A stretch of 64,000 bases of DNA from Phyllobates terribilis (lineage: Eukaryota), in NCBI RefSeq assembly GCF_046119375.1, contig NW_027362764.1:772644001-772708000 (forward strand). Direction: 5' to 3'. Positions 53,601 through 64,000 of this stretch are shown one piece after another. Numbering within the stretch: position 1 is the stretch's first letter; the number at the start of each line of letters is the position of its first letter. Made by a program: the position numbers and the translations under genes. Under the pieces are notes generated by a model, which saw nothing but the letters and a program-made list of their open reading frames with translations, made no database searches and was not told where the DNA came from.

Positions 53601-55763
53601 TTATATTCTTGTACATAGGAGCAGTATTATAGTAGTTATAGTCTTGTACATAGGAGCAGTATTATAGTAGTTATATTCTTGTTCATAGGGGCAGTATTAT
53701 AGTAGTTGTTATATTCTAGTACATAGGGACAGTATTATAGTAGTTATATTCTTGTACATAGGGCCAGAATTATAGTAGTTATATTCTTGTACATAGGAGC
53801 AGTACTATAGTAGTTATATTCTTGTACATAGGAGCAGTATTATAGTAGTTATATTCTTGTACATAGGGGGCAGTATTATAGTAGTTATATTCTTGTACAT
53901 AGGGACAGTATTATAGTAGTTATATTTTTGTACATAGGGGGCAGTATTATAGTAGATATATTCTTGTACATAGGAGGCAGTATTATAGTAGTTATATTCT
54001 TGTACATAGGGGCAGTATTATAGTAGTTATATTCTTGTACATAGGAGCAGTATTATAGTAGTTATAGTCTTGTACATAGGAGCAGTATTATAGTAGTTAT
54101 ATTCTTGTACATAGGGAGCAGTATTATAGTAGTTATATTCTTGTACATAGGGAGCAGTATTATAGTAGTTATATTCTTGTACATAGGGAGTAGTATTATA
54201 GTAGTTATATTCTTGTACATAGGGGGCAGTATTATAGTAGTTATATTCTTGTACATAGGGGCAGTATTATAGTAGTTATATTATTGTACATAGGGGGCAG
54301 TATTATAGTAGTTATATTCTTGTACATAGGAGGCAGTATTATAGTAGTTATATTCTTGTACATAGGAGCAGTATTATAGTAGTTATATTCTTGTACATAG
54401 GGGCAGTATTATAGTAGTTATATTCTTGTACATAGGGGGCAGTATTATAGTAGTTATTTTCTTGTACATAGGAGCAGTATTATAGTAGTTATATTCTTGT
54501 ACATAGGAGCAGTATTATAGTAGTTATATTCTTGTACATAGGAACAGTATTATAGTAGTTATATTCTTGTACATAGGAGCAGTATTATAGTAGTTATTTT
54601 CTTGTACATAGGAGCAGTATTATAGTAGTTATATTCTTGTACATAGGGGGCAGTATTATAGTAGTTATATTCTTGTACATAGGAGGCAGTATTATAGTAG
54701 TTATATTCTTGTACATAGGAGCAGTATTATAGTAGTTATATTCTTGTACATAGGGGCAGTATTATAGTAGTTATATTCCTGTACATAGGGGCAGTATTAT
54801 AGTAGTTATATTCTTGTACATAGAGGCAGTATTATAGTAGTTATATTCTTGTACATAGGAGCAGTATTATAGTAGTTATATTCTTGTATATAGGAGCAGT
54901 ATTATAGCAGTTATATTCTTGTACATAGGGGCAGTATTATAGTAGTTATATTCTTGTACATAGGGGGCAGTATTATAGCAGTTATATTCTTGTACATAGG
55001 GGCAGTATTATAGTAGTTATATTCTTGTACATAGGGGGCAGTATTATAGCAGTTATATTCTTGTACATAGGGGCAGTATTATAGTAGTTATATTCTTGCA
55101 CATAGGGGCAGTATTATAGTAGTTATATTCTTGTACATAGGAGTAGTATTATAGTAGTTCTATTCTTGTACATAGGTGGTAGTATTATAGTAGTTATATT
55201 CTTGTACATAGGAGGCAGTATTATAGTAGTTATATTCTTGTACATAGGAGGCAGTATTATAGTAGTTATATTCTTGTACATAGAGGCAGTATTATAGTAG
55301 TTATATTCTTGTACATAGGGGCAGTATTATAGTAGTTATATTCTTGTACCCAGGGGCAGTATTATAGTAGTTATATTCTTGTACCCAGGGGCAGTATTAT
55401 AATAGTTATATTCTTGTACATAGGGGGCAGTATTATAGTAGTTATATTCTTGTACATGAGGAGCAGTATTATAGTAGTTATATTCTTGTACATAGGGGGC
55501 AGTATTATAGTAATTATATTCTTGTACATAGGGGCAGTATTATAGTAGTTATATTCTTGTACATAGGGGCAGTATTATAGTAGTTATATTCTTGTACATA
55601 GGGGGCAGTATTATAGTAGTTATATTCTTGTATATAGGGAGCAGTATTATAGTAGTTATATTCTTGTACATAGGGGGCAGTATTATAGTAGTTATATTCT
55701 TGCACATAGGGGCAGTATTATAGTAGTTGCATTGTTATACATAGGGGATAAGATAATAGTAGT
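20640..55763. repeat. ~35-kb tandem array of 35/36-bp units (gtacatagg[a/g/gg]gcagtattatagtagttatattctt), roughly 1000 units
   Basis: Continuous periodicity with no unique insertion seen; 36-bp runs translate as (MYKNITTIILPP)n in the ORF track. Confidence 0.98.
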
Positions 55764-56787
55764 CTGCAATAAGTCACATAAAGTTAGACTGAACATAGAT
55801 GACTTTTCTTGGTGCACGTTGATAATTATCATTATAATGACAGCCTTGTTACGTGATACAGAACGTGAGCTCAGATAATCGCTGTATTGATTCCCAAATT
55901 AATGTAAATACTTTGAATAACAACTGATCATTTGCTGGATGACGTCCAGGTCGTTCCGTGTTTCTTTGCCAAATGAACTAATCAAAGAGATAATTCTAAT
56001 TATCATTCAAATAGAAAGATAATTAAAAATATACAAAGTGAATTTTCATCCTTTTCTCTTCATTGTCGCTTTCTGTATAGAACAGAGTCAGACATCTTCG
56101 GCGGTACAACGTATATTCTGCATTTCATCTGTCGGGATGTCATCAGCTGTGATGTCATAGGTTATCATGATGTCACCATGTGACTTTTTTTTAATCTTTT
56201 CCCTAGCCTCTATGTTAGGGAATAGTGGGGAAGCTCCATACCCCAAGTCTGTGTTCATATTGAAGTTTTTTTAAACTTTTTTTTTTTAACCAGAAAATGC
56301 TTTAGGACTTCTTTTTCGGAGAGTTTTTAGAAGAGTTGTTTTTATGAAGTTTTTCTTGGAGAAGTTGTAAATTGTTTTGGAAAGTTTTTTCTTTTTTTTT
56401 TCCCAGAAGCGTCTTTTGATTGAACAATGTTTCATTTGGAGCAGATTCTATTAGGACCTGCACTTTTATTTTTTACACCAGGCTGTTTTAAACCACTTCC
56501 GGAAGTAAAAAAAAAAAAAAAAAAAAAAAACGCTCAGAAAAGTTCTGACACAAACAGCAAAGTGTAGTTCCCATAGAAAACAATATAAAGCATTATCCAT
56601 ACGTTCTTAAGCCTATGTTCACACTGAGGTTTTTTGTTTTTTTTAGGAGTTCAAAAATAATGAGTTTTCAAGCAGATACCGCCTCAGGAAACTTCTGCTC
56701 TGAGGACGTTTTGAAGGAGCTTTTCATTTCCTTCCCACTCAAACAAGGTAATGATTAGACAATGATGTAAGCTAAGTGTCTACTTAC

Positions 56788-56841
56788 CTGGATGCCTGGA
56801 GGTCCTAAAGATCCACCAGGTCCTGGTGGTCCTGGCGGCCC
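56788..56841 (-). CDS. col22a1: Collagen exon, 54 nt (GPPGPPGPGGSLGPPGIQ)
   Basis: ttattttag|GGG...CAG|gtaagt; six Gly-X-Y triplets. Confidence 0.88.
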
Positions 56842-56930
56842 CTAAAATAAAGGTTGGTGTAGGTCACATTGTTACAGACTAGAATTATGTTATATTAAGG
56901 ACAAAAGTCATAAAATCAGCAGCATCACAT

Positions 56931-59817
56931 GGAGGAGCATCACTGCAGACACTTGCTTATTATCCATTATATGTAGCTCACCACTAGGGGGAGCATCACG
57001 GCAGACACTTACTTATTATCCATTCTATGTAGCTCACCACTAGGGGGAGCATCACTGCAGACACTTACTTATTATCCATTCTATGTAGCACACCACTAGG
57101 GGGAGCATCACTGCAGACACTCGCTTATTATCCATTCTATGTAGCCCACCACTGGAGGAGCATCACTGCAGACACTTACTCATTATCCATTCTATGTAGC
57201 CCACCACTGGAGGAGCATCACTGCAGACACTTGCTTATTATCCATTATATGTAGCTCACCACTAGGGGGAGCATCACTGCAGACACTTACTTATTATCCA
57301 TTCTATGTAGCACACCACTAGGGGGAGCATCACTGCAGACACTCGCTTATTATCCATTCTATGTAGCCCACCACTGGAGGAGCATCACTGCAGACACTTA
57401 CTCATTATCCATTCTATGTAGCTCACCACTGGAGGAGCATCACTGCAGACACTTACTCATTATCCATTCTATGTAGCCCACCACTGGAGGAGCATCACTG
57501 CAGACACTTGCTTATTATCCATTATATGTAGCCCACCACTAGGAGGAGCATCACTGCAGACACTCGCTTATTATCCATTCTATGTAGCTCACCACTAGGG
57601 GAGCATCACTGCAGACACTTGCTTATCATCCATTCTATGTAGCCCACCACTGGAGGAGCATCACTGCAGACACTTGCTTATTATCAATTCTATGTAGCTC
57701 ACCACTAGGGGAAGCATCACTGCAGACACTTGCTTATTATCAATTCTATGCAGCCCACCACTGGAGGAGCATCACTGCAGACACTTGCTTATTATCCATT
57801 ATATGTAGCCCACCAGTAGGAAGAGCATCACTGCAGACACTTGCTTATCATCCATTCTATGTAGCCCATCACTGGGAGAGCATCACTGCAGGCACTTACT
57901 TATTATCCATTCTATGTAGCCCACTTCTAGGAGGAGCATCACTGCAGACACTAACTTATTATCCATTCTATGTAGCCCACCACTGGAGGAGCATCACTGC
58001 AGACACTTGCTTATTATCCATTCTAAGTAGCTCACCACTAGGGGAAGCATCACTGCAGACACTTATTATCCATTCTATGTAGCCCACCACTGGGGGACCA
58101 TCACTGCAGACACTTACTTATTATCCATTCTATGTAGCCCACTTCTAGGAGGAGCATCACTGCAGACACTAACTTATTATCCATTCTATGTAGCCCACCA
58201 CTAGGGGAAGCATCACTGCAGACACTTATTATCCATTCTATGGAGCTCACCACTAGGGGAAGCATCACTGCAGACACTTATTTATTATCCATTCTATGTA
58301 GCCCACTTCTAGGAGGAGCATCACTGCAGACACTAACTTATTATCCATTCTATGTAGCCCACCACTGGAGGAGCATCACTGCAGACACTTGCTTATTATC
58401 CATTCTAAGTAGCTCACCACTAGGGGAAGCATCACTGCAGACACTTATTATCCATTCTATGTAGCCCACCACTGGGGGACCATCACTGCAGACACTTACT
58501 TATTATCCATTCTATGTAGCCCACTTCTAGGGGGAGCATCACTGCAGACACTTACTTATTATCCATTCTATGTAGCCCACCACTGGAGGAGCATCACTGC
58601 AGACACTTGCTTATTATCAATTCTATGGAGCTCACCACTAGGGGAAGCATCACTGCAGACACTTATTTATTATCCATTCTATGTAGCCCATCACTAGGGA
58701 GAGCATCACTGCAGACACTAGCTTATTATCAATTCTATGCAGCCCACTTCTAGGGGGAGCATCACTGCAGATACTTACTTATTATCCATTCTATGTAGCC
58801 CACCACTGGAGGAGCATCACTGCAGACACTTGCTTATTATCCATTCTAAGTAGCTCACCACTAGGGGAAGCATCACTGCAGACACTTGCTTATTATCCAT
58901 TCTATGTAGCCCACCACTGGGGGATCATCACTGCAGACACTTACTTATTATCCATTCTATGCAGCCCACTTCTAGGGGGAGTATTACTGCAGACACTTAC
59001 TTATTATCCATTCTATGTAGCCCACCACTCGAGGAGCATCACTGCAGACACTTGCTTATTATCAATTCTATGTAGCTCACCACTAGGGGAAGCATCACTG
59101 CAGACACTTACTTATTATCCATTCTATGCAGCCCACCACTCGAGGAGCATCACTGCAGACACTTGCTTATTATCAATTCTATGTAGCTCACCACTAGGGG
59201 AAGCATCACTGCAGACACTTATTTATTATCCATTCTATGTAGTCCATCACTAGGGAGAGCATCACTGCAGACACTTGCTTATTATCAATTCTATGCAGCC
59301 CACTTCTAGGGGGAGCATCACTGCAGACACTTATTATCCATTCTATGTAGCCCACCACTGGAGGAGCATCACTGCAGACACTTGCTTATTATCCATTCCA
59401 TGTAGCTCACCACTAGGGGAAGCATCACTGCAGACACTTGCTTATTATCCATTCTATGTAGCTCACCACTAGGGGAAGCATCACTGCAGACACTTACTTA
59501 TTATCCATTCTATGCAGCCCACTTCTAGGGGGAGCATCACTGCAGACACTTTCTTATTATCCATTCTATGCAGCCCACCACTGGAGGAGCATCACTGCAG
59601 ACACTTACTTATTATCCATTCTATGTAGCCCACCACTAGGGGGAGCATCACTGCAGACACTTACTTATTATCCATTCTATGTAGCTCACCACTGGGGGAC
59701 CATCACTGCAGACACTTACTTATTATCCATTCTATGTAGCCCACCACTAGGGGGAGCATCACTGCAGACACTTACTTATTATCCATTCTATGCAGCCCAC
59801 TTCTAGGGGGAGCATAC
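56931..59817. repeat. 56-bp minisatellite (about 51 units; some 52-bp variants)
   Basis: gcagacactt at 57001 and 57057; unit ggagcatcactgcagacacttacttattatccattctatgtagctcaccactaggg. Confidence 0.95.
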
Positions 59818-59840
59818 TGCATAAAAGTTTATACAACTAG

Positions 59841-60052
59841 GATTGGACATAAAGGGCTGCACAGTGTTAGAAAAATAAAGCTGCTTCCTTAAAAAAAACA
59901 GCACCACTCTTGTCCACAGGGCGTATGTGGTATATTGCAGCTCAGCATCCTTTACTATAATCAAGCTAATCTGGACAACTGGACACATGCCATGTACAGT
60001 TGCGGCACTGTTTTTGGAAGAACGTAGCCACGTTTTTCAAATCCTGTAAAGG
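59841..60052. mobile_element. Highly degenerate MITE (T2/Kolobok-like)
   Basis: Weak inverted ends: ttagaaaaataaagctgcttcctt..aaaacagcacc vs ggcactgtttttggaagaacgtagccacgtttttcaa. Confidence 0.4.
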
Positions 60053-61243
60053 ATTACAGCTCCCCCTAGTGGTGAATATAAGCAAATGCTAAGACTAACT
60101 GACGCAGTTCATTGCATTCTTTCACTATGGATTCCATAAGGGCTGCATGGTCGTTTTTTTCCCCTTTTATCCTTCCTCCAAATTGTTTTTTTAATTTTAT
60201 TTTTACGGCATTCATTGTGCAGTAATAATGTCCTGTAAACCTTCGATCATGGCTGTACCAAATTCTCAACTTAGCAAAAAAAAAAATTGTTTTGTTTCGC
60301 CATTTTCTGAGACCTGTATTTATTTTAACATCAATGGAGTTGTGTTTTTTTTTTTTTATTAATTTAACATTTTCTACAGCTTTTTGGGAGAAGATGAAGA
60401 GACATAAAAAAAAAACTATTTATATGTATTGATTTTTTTTCTTTATGGGTTAAATATTTCATGTTTTTTACAGAAACTATGCTTATGTTTTTCTTATTTT
60501 GTATTTATTTATTATGGGACGGAGCTAGCTCAGGTTGCTGCAGTTATAGGTAGGTGCTGGCTGTATAATGCAACGGGCATCTGCCCTGTGTGGAGCGGGC
60601 TCAGCTCCTGAGCCCGCTCTGTATACCTGCACCAGCTCAATAATGTATATATACATCATGGTGGGGTAAGGGATTAAATGCAACAGCAACAGAATGTTTT
60701 TCCCTGGGTTTCAATAATGATCTATTGCTCTGTAAGGTGAGACTTTTTCCACCACTGCTTGCTTGTAATTGCAGATTTACATACTGTAACCGAAGTCATG
60801 AAAATTAATATCATATATTAAGATTTATATATATATATATATATATTACGATTTCATCAAGTTTACATAAATATATAGAATCTGTACAGGGAGAAAAACA
60901 GCAAAACTTTTTAATTTATGAAGAAATTGTAAAACAATGTCATTGTCATATTTTAACACTAGAGGGAGCTCAAGTACAAGAGTTGCTCTGTGAGAAGGAC
61001 TTGAAAGTGTTCCGACCAAACTATTCCAGTCTTTTTCCAATGCTTTTTTTTTCTCTAACACCGTGCTCATAATGAGCTCATACTGGTCGGATGATAATGT
61101 GCTCAGCTGTCTGATGTCTATCCATATTTGCTCCGCTCCCTCTCTGGGCATGCAGCAGCATACCCCTCCTTCCCTCCTCCCTGTCTTCTATTCACCAAAC
61201 TTTACAACAATTTTTCAGGGGAATGATACAGGGAAAATATATA

Positions 61244-62842
61244 CACTACCGTTCAAAAGTTTGGGGTCATTTAGAAATTTCATTATTTTTGAAAGAAAAG
61301 CAATTTTTTTTTCAATGAAGCTAACATTAAATGAATCAGAAATACACTCTATACATTGTTAATGTGGTAAATGACTATTCTAGCTGCAAACGTCTTGTTT
61401 TTATTGCAATATCTACATAGGTGCATAGAGGCCCATTTCCAACAACCACCACTCCAGTGTTTTAATGGTACATTGTGTTTGCTAACTGTGTAAGAAGCTA
61501 ATGGATGTTTAGAAAACCCTAGAAAACCCTTGCACAAATATGTTAGCCCAGCTGAAAACGGTTTGGCTGATTTGAGAAGCTATAAAATTGACTTTCCTTT
61601 GAGCTAGTTGAGAATCTGGAGCATTACATTTGTTTGTTTGTTTTATGAAACTCTCAAAATGGCCAGAAAAAGATAACTTTCATGTGAAACTCGACAGTCT
61701 ATTCTTGTTCTTAGAAATGAAGGCTATTCCATGCGAGAAATTGCCAATAAACTGAAGATTTCCTACAACGGTGTGTACTACTCCCTTCAGAGGAGAGCAC
61801 AAACAGGCTCTAACCAGAGTAGAAAGAGAAGTGGGAGGCCGCGCTGCACAACTGAGCAACAAGACAAGGACATTTGAGTCTCTAGTTTGAGAAATCGACG
61901 CCTCACAGCTCCTCAACTGGCAGCTTCATTAAATAGTACACGCAAAACGCCAGTGTCAACGTCTACAGTGAAGAGGCGACTCCGGGATGCTGGCCTTCAG
62001 GGCAAAGTGGCAAAGAAAAAGCCATATCTGAGACTGGCTAATAAAAGGAAAATATTAATATGGGCAAAAGAACACAGGCATTGGACAGAGGAAGATTGGA
62101 AAAAAGTTTTATGGACAGACGAATCAAAGTTTGAGGTGTTTGGATCACACAGAAGAACATTTGTGAGACGCAGAACAACAGAAAAGATGCTGGTAGAGTG
62201 CATGACGCCATCTGTCAAGCATGGTGGAGGTAATGTGATGGTCTGGGGTTGCTTTGGTGCTGGTAAAGTGGGAGATTTGTACAAGGTAAATGGGATTTTG
62301 AATAAGGAAGGCTATCACTCCATTTTGCAATGCCATGCCATACCCTGTGGACAGCGCTTGATTGGAACCAATTTCATCCTACAACAGGACAATGACCCAA
62401 AGCATACCTCCAAATTATGCATCAACTATTTAGGGAAGAAGCAGGCAGCTGGTATCCTATCTGTAATGGAGGGGCCAGCGCAGTCACCAGATCTCAACCC
62501 CATTGGGCTGTTGTGGGAGCAGCTTAACCGTATGGTACGTAAAAAGTGCCCATCAACTTGTGGGAGGGAAGCATGGGGGGAGTTTCTCTAGATGACCTCA
62601 GCAAATTAACAGCTAGAAGCCAAAGGTCTGCAATGCTGGAATTGCTGCAAAGGAGCATTCTGTGACCAAAGCAAAGTGTGAAGGAGAGAATTATTCTTTC
62701 AAATAAAAATCATTATTTCTAACCTTGTCAATGTCTGGACTATATTTTCTATTCAGTTTGCAACTAATTTGATAAATATAAGTATGAGTTTTCATGGAAA
62801 ACAGAAAATTGTCTTTGTGACCCCAAAGTTTGAACGGTAGTG
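61244..62842 (+). mobile_element. Tc1-like element (1599 bp) with short TIRs
   Basis: TA|cactaccgttcaaaagtttggggtca ... tgaccccaaagtttgaacggtagtg|TT (right TA appears mutated). Confidence 0.93.
61659..62681 (+). pseudogene. Decayed Tc1 transposase
   Basis: MARKR*LSCETRQ...; second in-frame stop before VSSLRNRR; WTDESK and QQDNDPKH retained; catalytic E replaced by G (NPIGLLW); deletion/frameshift near the C-terminus. Confidence 0.9.
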
Positions 62843-62888
62843 TTTCTTTGTACAGTATTAACCAGTAGATAGAAATATATTAAGATTT

Positions 62889-63236
62889 GAGAGTCCTCGG
62901 TGGTTGATACCTTTTAATGGCTAACTGAAAAGATAGTAACAAGTTGCAAGCTTTTGAGACTACTCAGGTCTCATCATCAGGGTAGTATAACCCAAAATCT
63001 GAAGAGTTACATATTTATACACAATATGACGCAGAGATAATACAATAGATGAGACAGGTGACGTAAAGCAGAGCTATTACTATGGGAGAGATGAACAGTT
63101 CTGGCTGTAAATATTGGAGCAGTTCATAGATAAGGAGTGTGAAATTTTTATTGTCCGGTGACTGAGGTCTGGTCCAGGGTTGTGATGACCCCACAGTTCT
63201 GATACCATTAAAAGGTATCAACCACGGAGGACTCTC
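62889..63236 (-). mobile_element. Penelope-like element terminal fragment bounded by a 32-bp inverted repeat
   Basis: 62889-62920 gagagtcctcggtggttgataccttttaatgg vs 63205-63236 ccattaaaaggtatcaaccacggaggactctc (1 mismatch); contains a hammerhead-like core. Family assignment is inferred from these two features. Confidence 0.6.
62945..62983 (-). ncRNA. Degenerate minimal type I hammerhead ribozyme motif
   Basis: Minus strand CUGAUGA-U-GAGAC(cugagua)GUCUC-AAA-AGCU-U-GCA: core CUGANGA, 5-bp stem II, palindromic AGCU stem III. GAAA reads AAAA and the stem I 5' strand is mismatched. Confidence 0.55.
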
Positions 63237-63326
63237 AGAGGAATGAAAGATTTCTATGTACGTGCATATTTCTGTCATTATGCTGACACCTACTGTATAT
63301 AATCTTCCTGGTAGCTCTTTACTCAC

Positions 63327-63380
63327 CTCCGGCCCCAGCTCGCCATCCACACCTGGTAAACCGCCCTCTCCTTTATCACC
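63327..63380 (-). CDS. col22a1: Collagen triple-helix exon, 54 nt (GDKGEGGLPGVDGELGPE); first of 9 exons in window
   Basis: Minus strand tttttacag|GGT...GAG|gtgagt; six perfect Gly-X-Y triplets, phase 0. Orthology inferred from the run of downstream exons. Confidence 0.85.
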
Positions 63381-63903
63381 CTGTAAAAAAATAATAGAGC
63401 TTGACCTGTAAAACTGTAAAGTAAGCAGTGAAAAATTCCTCCTAAATAGGTTCTAAAGTCTGTGAAGAGGTGACAGCCAACAGAGTAGCTAATTCTCAAG
63501 GTGATCCAGTGTACATTTAAAAATACCCTTATTTTTGTGAAGAAGTCCATAAGTCACCCTAAAAAGAGAAGATGGTGGTGGGTACATTTGTGTTTACTTT
63601 GTTGCTTGGCCATTAGAGGACATTCGATTTTGCAACACTCTGTCAGGAGATGGTTCTAAAATGTTTCTGTGTCCACCCAGTGGTTACGATGTGAACTGCA
63701 GACTTATGGAGGTTGTGAGAATGTATAGAATTTTCAAATAAGTAATATTAGCCTTTAAAAAATACAATTAAAAGTAAAAGAAGGCACATTTCTAACTAAA
63801 AAAAAAATGTATTTGGCACAAAAATAAGTGACCCCTCTATTGGCTATTTCATGTACAGTAAATACACCTCCCAATCGTCTGAAATATAATTGGACATTTA
63901 AGA

Positions 63904-64000
63904 ATGTGGGGGCATCATACTGTGTGTGGGGAAATGTACTGTGGGGACATAATACTGTGTGTGAGGGGATGTACTGTGGGGGCATCATACTGTGTGTGGG
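63904..64000. repeat. Start of a 35-bp GT-rich tandem repeat, truncated by the window end
   Basis: ggcatcatac/gacataatac at 63911, 63946, 63981. Confidence 0.8.

Noticed and set aside
20640-55763. Repetitive ORFs (MYKNITTIILPP)n and (MYIGSSIIVVIF)n as a repeat protein
   Set aside because: They arise wherever several 36-bp units run consecutively and break at every 35-bp unit; no splice or start context.
20640-55763. CTCF motif in the 35/36-bp unit (tagggggcagta)
   Set aside because: Only the 3' half matches; the 5' CCAC part is absent (taca), about 10/14, so much weaker than in the 56-bp array.

Overview
Eukaryotic, repeat-saturated vertebrate DNA. The repeat families suggest an anuran amphibian (inference). 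The only host gene I can support is a collagen on the minus strand: nine phase-0 Gly-X-Y exons (54,54,54,54,54,45,63,54,42 nt; 474 nt, 158 aa) spread over 62.8 kb. Their order and sequence fit COL22A1 as I recall the human protein. The introns hold: (i) a 3.8-kb non-autonomous Helitron (2213-6031) inserted at an A|T site in an ~85-bp tandem array, whose interior is a GC-rich 67-bp repeat of CCAAT/E2F/CHR-like motifs plus alternating inverted blocks; (ii) a nested insertion, with an L2-type LINE (uninterrupted 1039-aa EN-RT ORF, 2A-like motif, 7-bp TSD) inside an IR/DR Tc1 element inside a 40-bp minisatellite; (iii) a ~35-kb array of 35/36-bp units with kb-scale higher-order duplications filling one intron; (iv) a 56-bp array carrying CTCF-like motifs; (v) a second, decayed Tc1, a Penelope-like fragment with a degenerate hammerhead ribozyme, MITE relics and a 132-nt assembly gap. 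Most ORFs in the supplied track are repeat artefacts. All analysis was by eye; no searches were run.
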